The notes: generated from the sequence alone by a model not told the origin. A DNA stretch of 64,000 nt from an uncultured delta proteobacterium (GCA_963817385.1 CAWFOM010000006.1:1-64000); one strand, 5' to 3'. Shown: positions 42,210-52,680, counted from the first letter of the stretch. Numbers and translations are program-made.

Positions 42210-42743
42210 ATGAATATCTGCAGAAACATAGCAATGTGGTTGATAATGGTATGGACGATCGGCTTAACGATGGCGGCAACGGTGATGGCGGCCCCTATGG
42301 CGGGGCAGCCGGTGGAACTGTCTGTCGGTCAGCCGGCGCCCGGATTCGATCTGCCCCTGCTGAATGGGAAAAAGGCGACGCTGAGGGAGTTTCAAGGGAA
42401 GTCAGTTGTTGTCGTGTTCTGGCGCTCGGGGTGACCTATATGCCAACGGGAGGCTCCCGTTTTAGAGGCAGCATACAAGAAATACCGCAAACAAGGCTTG
42501 GTGATTCTCGGGGTGGATATCGTCACGGACGAGGAGCAGCCTGCCCGCGACTTTGTGAAAAGATACAAGCTCACATATCCGGTCGGACGCGACGTCTCGG
42601 GAACAATCGGTTCGCTCTATGCCGTTACAGGTACGCCTACCGTCATTTTCGTCGACAAGGCGGGGCGACTGGTCGAGCGGCATGTGGGAGCAATGACTGA
42701 GGCGAACTTCCGACAGCGAATCGAAGATCTCCTGAAATTGTAG
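42210..42743 (+). CDS. TlpA/ResA-like exported thioredoxin-fold selenoprotein (UxxC)
   Basis: Two in-frame ORFs joined across TGA 42432-42434: VGQPAPGFDL...VVVVFWRSG-U-PICQREAP...VTGTPTVIFVD; SECIS-like hairpin at 42435-42468. Confidence 0.88.
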
Positions 42744-43169
42744 GCCTAATGTGGACCTGATAAGGTGAGTGCAGGGTGTAGCAGAAGTGTTAAGATGAGC
42801 ACCTATGTCTATCTGCACGGTACTTTCGTATACTGGAATATTAATTTTATGGACGAGGCACGCGTCCGAAATTCTCCGTTTTTATGAATCACTATGTGCT
42901 GATCAGTTGTGTACAAGAGTCCGGCTTTATTCATATATTGTCAATATCATCCCTATTGATAACAAAGGTGGAGTTGGGGTTACCTGAGCAACTTATTGAT
43001 AACGGGATGAATGCGGCATAATTGTAGATTGCTTTGTCCGCTGATCGGCGGTATTTGTGACTTCACTGAAGTCAGTAAAGCATCGACCTAGATAAAAAAG
43101 CTGGATTTCAAATGGCAATAATTGATGTTAGTCAGACGATGTGGCCACTTTGAGACCGCAGTTTTGCCC

Positions 43170-43338
43170 TTGACAGCCCCTCCGTTAACGAGTATACATA
43201 TAGACCTCAGTTATCCCACTGTAAAATTATCAACCTAACCTTTAGCCTTCTGGTGAGTAAAATGAGAAGGTGGGGTTACCAAAAACAGATCATGTGAAGC
43301 CTCTAAGGGAGTCCCAAAACTCACTTGGAGGCTTTTTT
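43170..43338 (+). promoter_or_regulatory. Sigma70 promoter followed by a leader with intrinsic terminator (putative attenuator)
   Basis: TTGACA-N17-TATACA at 43170-43198; hairpin 43297-43334 plus T-run to 43338, upstream of the next start codon. Confidence 0.55.
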
Positions 43339-43418
43339 GATTTATCTCCCGCGCGTACCGTATTTCTACCCAACTTTGACTCATGCCACGAATTAAGGTG
43401 AAGAAAATGAGACCGACT

Positions 43419-45548
43419 ATGAAAAAATTGATTCTTGCGTCCCTGCTGCTTTCAGCAGTCCTGTTGGCCGCCGGGTCAGTGTACGCTGTGCCTCTCTACT
43501 TCCCCCACGTAGCAACAGATTTTCCTTGGCAAACGGAGATAGCTATCATCAATACCAGCGATCAAACAGTGACCGGTAGCCTGAGGGCCTTAAGCGATGA
43601 CGGTCAGCCCGTAGAGACCATACCTGTCGCACTTTCCGCCCGCGGCCGGAGACAGATCACCGTTGCAAATGAGTTTACCAACCACATAGACATAGGATAC
43701 ATTATCTTTGATACAGATTCTACTGCGGTCCGGGGCTACACGAAGTTTTCCAGAGAAGGGTACTATAGAGTGGCAATCCCTGCGGTAAGAGAGATAAACG
43801 CCTGGGACATCTATATCCCCCACATAGCCTCAAACGCTGACTGGTGGACCGGGGTAAGCCTGGTGAACACCACCTCGGCACCGAAAGTACTGACCATCAC
43901 CTTCAATAACGGCCAGAGCAGGCAAATCACACTCACAGCAAATCAACACAGGGCCTTCGACATCACACAGGAGTTCTTCAATAACCAACCCCAGCCGGAC
44001 ATTAAATCGGCGGTGATCACCAATGCAGGTGGTGTCATTGGACTGGAGTTGTTTGGCAGTCGTGGATGGGGTATCCAGTTGGAAGGAATCCCCCTTACAG
44101 ACAAAACCACCTCGATCATATACTATCCTCACGTGGCCAATAACGGCTGGTGGACCGGCATTGTGGCCTATAACCCATCGGAGCTGGCGTGTTCGATAAC
44201 TATCACGCCCTACAGTGCCCAAGGGAACCCCCTCACTCTCTCAACCCGTTCCATAGCGGGGAAGGGAAAATATATCGGTACAGTTACTGACCTCGGCCTT
44301 CCCGCTCAGACAGCGTGGTTCAAGATAGACTCCACGAAGCCCCTCACCGGCTTTGAGCTTTTCGGCACCGTCGACGGCAACCAGCTTGCGGCCTATGCAG
44401 AAAGCGGTGGGGTCGGCGCAAAGACGGGCGTCTTTGCCAAGATCGAGAAGAACGGCTGGACCGGCATCGCCTTTGTCAACACGGAAGCCCTCGTGGCGTC
44501 AGTTACCTTGACTGCCTATAGCAACAACGGAACTGCGGTGGCCATCCAGGTGCTCCCTGTCGGCGGCCATGCCAAGGTGGTCAATCTCGCGGAGGCGATC
44601 TTCACGCAGGATATCAGCGGCGCCACCTACATTGCCTACTCATCGGACAAGAATGTTGTGGGGTTTCAGCTCAACGGTACCTCAGACTGGATGATGCTCG
44701 ATGGGCTGCCTGGGCTGACGGAGCCATTTCCGGGGATGGTCCTCATCCCTGCGGGGAGCTTCCAGATGGGAGGTGGCGATGAAATTCCTGCCCACTCTGT
44801 CACGTTGAGCGCCTTCTACCTGGACAAATACGAGGTCACGAAGGCCCTCTGGGATGAGGTTTATGCCTGGGCGACGGCGCACGGGTATACCTTTGACAAC
44901 GCCGGTACGGGGGCGGCACCAAACCATCCGGTGCGTGACGTTTCCTGGTTCGACGTGGTCAAGTGGTTGAATGCCCGGTCAGAAAAGGAAGGACGGACGC
45001 CGGTATATTACGAAGATGTTGCCCAGACGATAATTTATAAGACGTACTGGCTGTGGAACTTTCCCCCCTCGAAAGTGAAATGGACGGCCAACGGGTATCG
45101 TCTCCCCACGGAGGCGGAGTGGGAGTACGCAGTGCGGGGCGGGACGACGACGCGGTTTTACACAGGGAACTGCATCTCGACGGACTTGGCGAACTACAAC
45201 GGCGATGGTCCCGAGATCGGCGGGTGCCCAACAGGACAGAACCGTGGCGGAACAACGGTCGTGGGGAGTTTCGCGGCGAATCCCTGGGGGCTTTACGACA
45301 TGGCGGGGAACGTTTGGGAGTGGACGTGGGATGGGCAAGGCTCATATTCCTCCAGTGCTGTGACAAACCCCAGGGGCCCTGATTCGGGCTCGATGCGGAT
45401 GGTTCGCGGCGGCGCTTGGGACCGCAACGCGTCTGAAATGCAGTCGGAGTCCCGCAACTGCGACTGGCCGTACAGCCGGGGCGATAGCCTTGGTTTCCGT
45501 TCCGCCAACAGTCAGCCGCGCGTCTGGGTTCTTAGGCCTGAAGAATAG
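43419..45548 (+). CDS. Secreted protein: four ~100-aa repeats plus C-terminal FGE-sulfatase (C-lectin fold) domain
   Basis: Signal peptide; repeats WQTEIAIIN, WWTGVSLVN, WWTGIVAYN and GWTGIAFVN; IPAGSFQMG, YRLPTEAEWEYA, NPWGLYDMAGNVWEW, RGGAW and GFR motifs. Confidence 0.88.
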   Translation: MKKLILASLLLSAVLLAAGSVYAVPLYFPHVATDFPWQTEIAIINTSDQTVTGSLRALSDDGQPVETIPVALSARGRRQITVANEFTNHIDIGYIIFDTDSTAVRGYTKFSREGYYRVAIPAVREINAWDIYIPHIASNADWWTGVSLVNTTSAPKVLTITFNNGQSRQITLTANQHRAFDITQEFFNNQPQPDIKSAVITNAGGVIGLELFGSRGWGIQLEGIPLTDKTTSIIYYPHVANNGWWTGIVAYNPSELACSITITPYSAQGNPLTLSTRSIAGKGKYIGTVTDLGLPAQTAWFKIDSTKPLTGFELFGTVDGNQLAAYAESGGVGAKTGVFAKIEKNGWTGIAFVNTEALVASVTLTAYSNNGTAVAIQVLPVGGHAKVVNLAEAIFTQDISGATYIAYSSDKNVVGFQLNGTSDWMMLDGLPGLTEPFPGMVLIPAGSFQMGGGDEIPAHSVTLSAFYLDKYEVTKALWDEVYAWATAHGYTFDNAGTGAAPNHPVRDVSWFDVVKWLNARSEKEGRTPVYYEDVAQTIIYKTYWLWNFPPSKVKWTANGYRLPTEAEWEYAVRGGTTTRFYTGNCISTDLANYNGDGPEIGGCPTGQNRGGTTVVGSFAANPWGLYDMAGNVWEWTWDGQGSYSSSAVTNPRGPDSGSMRMVRGGAWDRNASEMQSESRNCDWPYSRGDSLGFRSANSQPRVWVLRPEE

Positions 45549-45620
45549 GCTTGGGCCTTTTTGGTTTGGCCGTTGTTGGCAGAAAAGTGAAAAAGTAAAC
45601 TTTAATAATCATTGATTCAG

Positions 45621-45654
45621 AAAAGGCAGAGTCAATCAGGGATCTGCCTTTTTT
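45621..45654 (+). terminator. Rho-independent terminator
   Basis: AAAAGGCAGA...TCTGCCTTTTTT. Confidence 0.7.
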
Positions 45655-45852
45655 CATGCACATTTGCAAATACAAGTGTTGATGCTGGATCACCGGAGCA
45701 TTTTGTTGAATATGGATCGAAACGTAGGTATACTCCCACCGTGAAAAAAAATGCCTCGTCAATTCAATTTCAATCAATCATCAATATATTAATGGTGGAA
45801 AGCGTTGGGATGATGGTAAAATTACTAAATACAGTCCGGGGAGGAATTACAG

Positions 45853-46887
45853 TTGAGTTATCAGAGAGAATTTGCCAAAAAAATCAACGTGGGCATTATC
45901 GGTATTGGTTCCCACGGTTACCGGAACATCCTGCCGCTGATGAACTATCTGCCGGTCAAGGTCAAGGCTGTTTGCAACCGCACCGCCGACGTGGGCAGAA
46001 TTACCGCCGCGCAGTATGGCTGCGCCCATTATCAAACCCCCCGGAACATGTATGACCGGGAGGATATCGACGCGGTATTTATCAATGTCAGTCCCAAGCT
46101 GCATCCGTCACTGGCAATCGAAGCCCTGGACAGGGGAAAGCATGTGTGGGTTGAAAAACCTGTTGCGACAAGAACCCGCGAAGTCGAGGAAATGATCGCT
46201 CATCGCAAAGATAAAGTCGTGGTCGTCGGCTTTAAGAAAATATTTATGCCGGCTGCCCAAAAGGCGATCGAAATCGCCTTTTCTCCGAAGTATGGCAATC
46301 CACGCTCCATATTGGCGGTATACCCGATGACGATCCCCGGCAACGGCCGAGAGATCCTCGAAACCGGGGATACACCGAACTGGCTGATCAATGGCGTCCA
46401 CCCGCTCTCTTTCTTGATGGCGGTAGGCGGCAAGGTGTCGGCTGTCACCGCTATCTGTAACGATGCCGGAAACGGAATTCTTGCCATCCAGTTTGCCAAT
46501 GGAGCCTTCGGCACGTTGCACTTGGCATCCGGGCCGCAGCCCCGGCTGGAACGCTATGCGGTATACGCGGATAACTGGCAGGTGGATATTGAAAATACCC
46601 GGATTGCCCTTTATCGTGGCATCCCGATTGTCCACGGCAAAACGACGAACTACGCACCGGAGGGGGATGACGGCGGCGCCGTTGTCTGGGAAGCTTCAAA
46701 CTGTCAAGCCGGTTTGGAGAATAAGGCCGAGTTCACCCAGGGCATGTACGCTGCTATGATGTATTTCTGCGAATGCGTCTTGCAAAACAAGACCCCGGAC
46801 AAAGGCACACTGGAATTTGCCCTGGAAATGATGAAAGTATATGAAGCCGGACTGTTGTCCGAAGGAAGAACTATCTATATTAACTGA
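45853..46887 (+). CDS. Gfo/Idh/MocA-family oxidoreductase
   Basis: VGIIGIG.HG Rossmann motif; GKHVWVEKP. Confidence 0.88.
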   Translation: MSYQREFAKKINVGIIGIGSHGYRNILPLMNYLPVKVKAVCNRTADVGRITAAQYGCAHYQTPRNMYDREDIDAVFINVSPKLHPSLAIEALDRGKHVWVEKPVATRTREVEEMIAHRKDKVVVVGFKKIFMPAAQKAIEIAFSPKYGNPRSILAVYPMTIPGNGREILETGDTPNWLINGVHPLSFLMAVGGKVSAVTAICNDAGNGILAIQFANGAFGTLHLASGPQPRLERYAVYADNWQVDIENTRIALYRGIPIVHGKTTNYAPEGDDGGAVVWEASNCQAGLENKAEFTQGMYAAMMYFCECVLQNKTPDKGTLEFALEMMKVYEAGLLSEGRTIYIN

Positions 46888-46978
46888 GGCCATTTTAGTC
46901 GACCGGCGATTAAGTGCTTTTCGCAAATCAAACCGTATTCATCCCAATGAATTGAATGTTGTAACGTGTGGAGGATCT

Positions 46979-47344
46979 ATGAAAATCATAAAAATCGAAG
47001 ACCTTCGTACCCTTGAGAATCCGACTCCTGGTCAATTCTACCGGCCCGAGTTTAAACTGGACAAAGACGGTTTTAAGAATCTGGGCGGATTAGTCTGTAT
47101 CCTGGTCCCCGGGAGCCAGGTACCGTATCATTATCACACAAACCGGGAGTCGATTTTGATGCCCATCATGGGTGAAGCGGTTGAGACCGTCGAGGGGAAA
47201 GAGACCGTCGTCAGACCGGGGGATGTGCTCCTGATTCCGGCAGGTGAGAAGCATTCCATTACCAACCGCTCCGACTGCGAGTTTCGCTTCCTGGAATTCT
47301 TCACTTGCCCCCCGATGGCGTCTGATTACGTCAAAGCCGATTGA
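46979..47344 (+). CDS. Cupin domain protein
   Basis: PG...PYHYH..RE and GD...IPAGEKH motifs. Confidence 0.85.
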   Translation: MKIIKIEDLRTLENPTPGQFYRPEFKLDKDGFKNLGGLVCILVPGSQVPYHYHTNRESILMPIMGEAVETVEGKETVVRPGDVLLIPAGEKHSITNRSDCEFRFLEFFTCPPMASDYVKAD

Positions 47345-47557
47345 ATCTCCGGAGCGCCTGGCGCGTGCTGTTGATGGCAAAGCTCCTCTTCGCATCTGAG
47401 CGCATGAGGTGGAGATAAACGCGACTTTTGGGGCAATGCTTTCCCTTTCATCGACAGGAGCACGATACAGTTCCCTCGAACTCCCGCTGGATTAAAACAT
47501 TGGCCTTCTATATTCAGTAGGATATATTATCTGGCAGGCAAGAAGGGAGGTCTTACG

Positions 47558-47995
47558 ATGATTCGGATAAAAGAAAACAGACAAATCATTTGTGCGGTGG
47601 CGTTGTTCATGGGGCTGCTTCTCATGGCAGCCTCTGCGACGACGGCACAACAGGCAAGCCAAGCAGGTGCAAAGATTGAGGTGGTTCGGATCTCGCCGCA
47701 GGACGCTTACTCCCAAGTTGCCGCGGGAAAAGCCCTTCTGGTTTGTGCTGATGCGAATGAAAAAACGTGCAGCATGATCATGCTGGAAGGGGCCATCTCC
47801 CTGAAGGAATTTGAATCCAGACTGGCAGGGCTGAAAATGGACCAGCCCATTATCTTTTATTGCGCCTGACCCAATGAACACACGTCTGCCAGTCTGGCAG
47901 AGAAATACATGGGGATGGGTTATTGGAATGTCAAGGCTCTCGGCGGTGGTGTCGACGCCTGGAAGAAGGCCGGGTATAAAATCGTCGGGAAGTAG
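47558..47995 (+). CDS. Exported rhodanese-like selenoprotein (CxU)
   Basis: IIFYCA-(TGA 47867-47869)-PNEHTSASLAEKYMGMGYWNVKALGGGVDAWKKAGY completes the rhodanese fold; hairpin at 47885-47901. Confidence 0.88.
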
Positions 47996-48495
47996 AAAGA
48001 GCATTCGTCTGATGGGAAGGGTTGTAGGGAAGAAGACGTCAGCCGTTACATAGCCGAACAGAAGGGGCCAGCCGCACGGCATTTATCCCCACCGGCAATT
48101 CGTTTTCAGCATCGCGAAGATCCTCCGACAGGTTTTTCATCGAGCAGCTCTTTCGGTAATCTTCAAGTTTGACGACTGCCTACTGCTGAGCAGGTGTAGG
48201 TGCAGTCTGCGATTCCGCCGATTCTTTTCATTTTGAAAAATCAGAAGCCGATTTGTGCACGAGACAACGAGGCTCAACAAGGGCAGGGCATAGGGGTCAA
48301 CCATTGACATGTGCCATGGAGTGAATTACCCCGCCCACAGGTCGGGCTATTCTGCGGGCGGATTTCATAGATATCTCGCCCAACCATTACAGCCACTGGA
48401 CGCGGAGAAAGTGGAGAGAAGGCGGCCCGTCGGATCTTGGAGGTCTTCTTTGATCCCGATGTGGGGAATAGGGCAGGGATTAAAGCCTCACCCTA

Positions 48496-48536
48496 AACAA
48501 TAAGGGGTCAGATTTATCAATCTAACCCCTATTGTT
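48496..48536 (-). terminator. Hairpin immediately 3' of tRNA-Glu
   Basis: AACAATAAGGGGTCAGAT ... ATCTAACCCCTATTGTT inverted repeat. Confidence 0.65.
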
Positions 48537-48541
48537 ATTAA

Positions 48542-48617
48542 TGGCGTCCCCACGGGGAGTCGAACCCCGGTTACAGGCGTGAAAGGCCAGTGTCCTAGGC
48601 CACTAGACGATGGGGAC
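48542..48617 (-). tRNA. tRNA-Glu (anticodon UUC)
   Basis: Reverse complement GTCCCCATCGTCTAGTGGCCTAGGACACTGGCCTTTCACGCCTGTAACCGGGGTTCGACTCCCCGTGGGGACGCCA; 76 nt with T-loop GTTCGA and encoded CCA. Confidence 0.96.
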
Positions 48618-48757
48618 GTTCCTTAACCCGGTACGGAACGATCAATTTTCCGTACGAAATGGTATTCGCTTGAGAAGCGAGCCTTATATCCTGTTGATCC
48701 CGGAGATGTCAAGCGACAAATCGGGGAAACGGGTGAATTATTGCTAAATCATCAGGA

Positions 48758-50873
48758 TCACACAAAAACGACGGGCTCGCGCAGGATTGCCTCCCGCGCC
48801 TTGGCGGCCAGCGCTGCCGTTTCCGGGTGGGTCTCCTTCAGCGACATGATCTGCCGGAGGTTATCGGCCGTCCTCATGATCAGCATCGCCATATCCCCAT
48901 CGGCGATGCCCGCCTTCCGGATGATCCGGTTCCAGTCGCCGCCCGCCGCCCACTCGTAGATCACCGCCGCCGGCCAGAGGAAGAGGGGGGCAACGGGGAA
49001 ACCGCCGGCCTTCAGCCGCTCCGCAAGGTCCGCGAGGGTTGCGATCATCCGGTCATAGGCGCGGGTCAGACGCCGGGGAAGCTCCTTCCGGATCACCAGG
49101 AGATCCTGGTCTCCGTCGTAGACGAAGGGGGCGATGACGGCGGCCAGAAGCTTCTCGTCGCCGTGGGGAAAGACGTTTTTCCGGAGACATTCGGCGATGA
49201 GAAGGGGCTGGTCCAGGCGGAGTTTGGATGCCCAGATCCCGGTTTCCGTCAGGCGGTCAGCCCTGTCCACGAATCCCTCTTCCCGGAGAAAGCGGAGGTG
49301 CCGCTGGAAATCGGTCCAGAGATCGGTCTGTTCCCCCCGGGTCTGCCCCGGCTTCTTCTCACCTTGCCGCTGGTAGCTCGCCAGGGATTTTGCGAAGATC
49401 TCCCGGATGTCCTCCGGCGTCTGGGAGAGGAGGAGATTGAGGACCATCGAGAAGTCGCTCCGGATCCGGCTCGCGATCGCTTCCGGTTTCTTCAGGAGGA
49501 GCTTCCGGATATGGACGAGGTCCATGAACCGCCCCGGTACGGCCAGCATGAAACCCACCCGGTCCTGTCCCCGTCTGCCCGCCCTGTCCCGTCATCTGGT
49601 GGAATTCCGTGCCGGAGAGGGGGGCGAACTCATGGCCGTTGAAGAGGTCCGAATTCATCAGCACGATCGTCCGGGCGGGGTAATTGACGCCTGCGGCGAC
49701 GGTGGAAGTGGCGAAGATCGCCCGCAGGTGTCCCTCCTTCATCATCGTCTCCACGAGGAATTTCCAGGCGGGAAGCTGTCCGCCGTGATGGGCGGCCACC
49801 CGGGACGTCCGGAGTTCGTGGAGCTGCCGGTGGTTTCGGAGGTAGACAAACCTCTCGAGCTGCGCCTCCAACTCCCGCTCGAAGGTCCCGTCGTCTTCCG
49901 TTTCATCCGCCGGGGCGCGGCACATCCCCAGGGCCGCGTCGCATTCGGCGCGGGACTTGAGGAAGAAGATCGCCGGCAGGAGGTGAAACCGCGCGAGGAC
50001 GTCGATCATCTCGCCGAACGGCGGGCCTCCCCGCTCGGGGCGGCCGGTAGACCGCCGGCCGACGAAATCGCCGATCTTTCCGAAGAGCCGGTTCTCCTGG
50101 ATCAGGGGCATGAGGCGGCCGGACGGATGGAGGAAGAGGGGGAAGAGGGGGACGGGCCGCTTCTCCTCCCGGATGACCCGGCAGGGCTTCCCCCGGATGG
50201 AGGCGAGCCAGGCGGCGATCTCCTCGCCGTTGCCGATGGTCGCCGACAGGAGCAGGAGGTTGATCCGGACGGGGAGGTAGATCATGATCTCTTCCCAGAC
50301 GACCCCGCGGTCCCGGTCGCCCAGAAAGTGGGCCTCGTCGAGGATGACCAGATCGCAGTCCAGGTTTTCCCCCGTGTGCATCGCGTCGTAGAGCTGATTC
50401 CGGAGGATCTCGGTGGTTCCGACGATGATCGGGGCGTCGGTGTTTTCCTTGGTGTCGCCGGTGACGATGCCGACATTGACCGGGCCGAACTGGTAGCCGA
50501 ATTCAACCCATTTGGCATTGGTCAGGGCCTTCAGGGGGGAGGCGTACCAGCACCGCCCGCCTTGTTGGAAGACCGACCGGATCGCCTCTTCGGCGATCCA
50601 GGTCTTCCCCGAGCCGGTCGGGGCCATGACCAGGCAGTCGTCCGTCCGGATTGCGTCAAGGGCCTCAAGCTGAAAGGGGTCCGGCCGGAACTCCGCGGCC
50701 ACGGGTTTGCCGATTTTCGCGAAGACCGGCTTCAAGAGCGGGTCCGCCTCCGGTTTCATCCGGAGCAAGGGCCGTGTCCGTCTGCCCCGGGAGGCGATGC
50801 CCGGGGAGGCCTTCTGCCGCCTGGCTCCGTCGGCCGGAGGGGTTGAGCGGCGATGGGATCGTTTACGCGTCAT
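48758..50873 (-). CDS. Ski2/HelY-like DEAD/DEAH-box helicase, frameshift near 49585
   Basis: APTGSGKT, SPLKALTN, TTEILRNQLY, DEAH and LSAT motifs; motif VI QMTGR-AGRRG.D is split by the frameshift. Confidence 0.88.
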
Positions 50874-50899
50874 GATGTCTGTCTATCCCGTAATCCCTC

Positions 50900-51916
50900 T
50901 CAGCGCCCCGTGTGCTTTTTGGGGATGCGGCCCGTCGTTATGCACTCCGAACGGAGACGGCGCCCCAGGATCCGTTCATACATCTGGCCGATCTCCAGGA
51001 GGCGATCCACATCCACCCCCGTCTCGATTCCCATCTCGTCCATCATGACCACCATGTCCTCGGTGGATGCGAGCCCGACGATGTTGGGGTCTGCATAATA
51101 ATATTTGCCGGTTCCCGCAACCGGGCAGCCGTCGACGAAATTGGCCGGCTGTCCTCCCGTGCCGCCGAGGGTCGATTCGAAATGGGTGATCCCCGCCTGG
51201 AGGGCGGCCAGCACATTCGCCAGACCCCACCCGCGGGTCACGTGAAAATGGGCGATATGGAGGTTCGGATCGGGTATGGCGTCCAGGAGCAGGGAGAAGT
51301 ATTCGTACACCTTGTTGGGGGGCGCCGAACCGTCATGGTCGGCGTGTTCGATGTCATCCGCCCCGATATCCAGGAAGCGCCGGGTGAACTCGATGGCCTT
51401 CTTCAATTCAGTCGGGCCTTCGATGGGGCAGCCCCAGATGGTGGAAACCGTGCCGTTGACCTTGATCCCGTTTTCGTGGGCCATTTTGATGTATTTTTCG
51501 CACATCTTCCAGTACTCTGCCAGGGAGAGGCCGGAATTGCGCCGGTGATGGGATTCGCTGGTCGAGACCATGAAGAGGATGCGGTCCGGTCCCCACCCCT
51601 TCTGCCGGGCGTCGAACGCCCGTTCGGCGGCCTTTTCCCGGATGGTCACCGCGGTGATCTGGAGATCCTGGCGTTTATCCTTCAGGAGCTTGCTGCCGGA
51701 GATGGCCTGCAGCAGTTGATCGGCGTCGGCAAACTGGGGCATCGCCTTGGGGTTTCCCAGGTTGGTGACTTCCAGCCGCGTGAAGCCGGCCAGGACGAGC
51801 TGTTCGGTGATCCAGAGCTTGGCCTGGGTGGGGATGGTCTTCTGCTCGTGCTGGAGACCGTCTCGTACCGAGATCTCGCCCAGAACGACTTTCGTCGGAT
51901 AATTCATTGTCGCCAT
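50900..51916 (-). CDS. HMG-CoA lyase-like (DRE-TIM metallolyase) protein
   Basis: VRDGLQHE, HFH.TRG.GLAN..AALQAG and STED motifs. Confidence 0.85.
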   Translation of the reverse strand: MATMNYPTKVVLGEISVRDGLQHEQKTIPTQAKLWITEQLVLAGFTRLEVTNLGNPKAMPQFADADQLLQAISGSKLLKDKRQDLQITAVTIREKAAERAFDARQKGWGPDRILFMVSTSESHHRRNSGLSLAEYWKMCEKYIKMAHENGIKVNGTVSTIWGCPIEGPTELKKAIEFTRRFLDIGADDIEHADHDGSAPPNKVYEYFSLLLDAIPDPNLHIAHFHVTRGWGLANVLAALQAGITHFESTLGGTGGQPANFVDGCPVAGTGKYYYADPNIVGLASTEDMVVMMDEMGIETGVDVDRLLEIGQMYERILGRRLRSECITTGRIPKKHTGR

Positions 51917-52145
51917 TTCTCCGCTCTCCTTTCCGATCGGTAATGAAATACTACATGAATGTTAGGCAAACTCACTCTCTATCCGCGGTTCGTCATCCGG
52001 AAAAGCCGGTTGCGAGGACACTATTCATCCCGTGAGCATGCGTGGGGATTTTCTGCATGATTTACCAGGGGAAAAGCGGCGGGGATGAGAGAGCACATGA
52101 ACCGCGATGCAGTTTTGCTAACATTTTCCTGTATTTGCTGTCAAG

Positions 52146-52671
52146 TCAAAAGATCGGCTGGGGAGGGAGGAGACGGGTGAGGCGGTCGGAGACGCTCCGG
52201 GCGAGGTGCGAAAGGAGGGTGGTGTCCATGCCCGGCTTGTAACGCGTCGGGGAGGCGTCGCCATGATTCATGCTCCCGATCAGCCTGCCGTGGAGGGTGA
52301 TCGGCGATACGGCGAGAGACCTGATGAAATACTTTCGGTTGCGCGGCAGCAGACGGAAGAAGGGCCTGAGATCGCCGCTTACGAGAAGCGGGGAGCGGCA
52401 TCGGGGATGATCTCCAGAAACCGCGCCTGTTCGATGCTGTTGACGCGGTCGCGAGCAGAGTCGATGCTTCCAGACTCTTCAGCAGGCCGGCTGTCTCCGG
52501 GAGGCGGATGAGGGAGAGCCAGACGAACGGGATACCGAACTCCGTCTCGATCTTGGCAAGCAGCGCCTCGAAGAGCTCCACGGCAGACCGGCGGGCAGCG
52601 AGATCGGCTTTGATCTTCCGGAATTTGCGTGCAATTTCATCATTGATCTTCGGGATGTCCGGCTCGTTCAT
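52146..52671 (-). CDS. DUF484/GAF-like protein, frameshifted
   Basis: N-terminal NDEIARKF...; C-terminal IRSLAVSPITLHGRLIGSMNHGD.SP.RY.PGMDT.LL in another frame. Confidence 0.6.
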
Positions 52672-52680
52672 CAGCCATTC

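Noticed and set aside
48060..48240. Minus-strand peptide-like remnant (AVVKLEDYRK...)
   Set aside because: Interrupted by stops and not assignable to a family.
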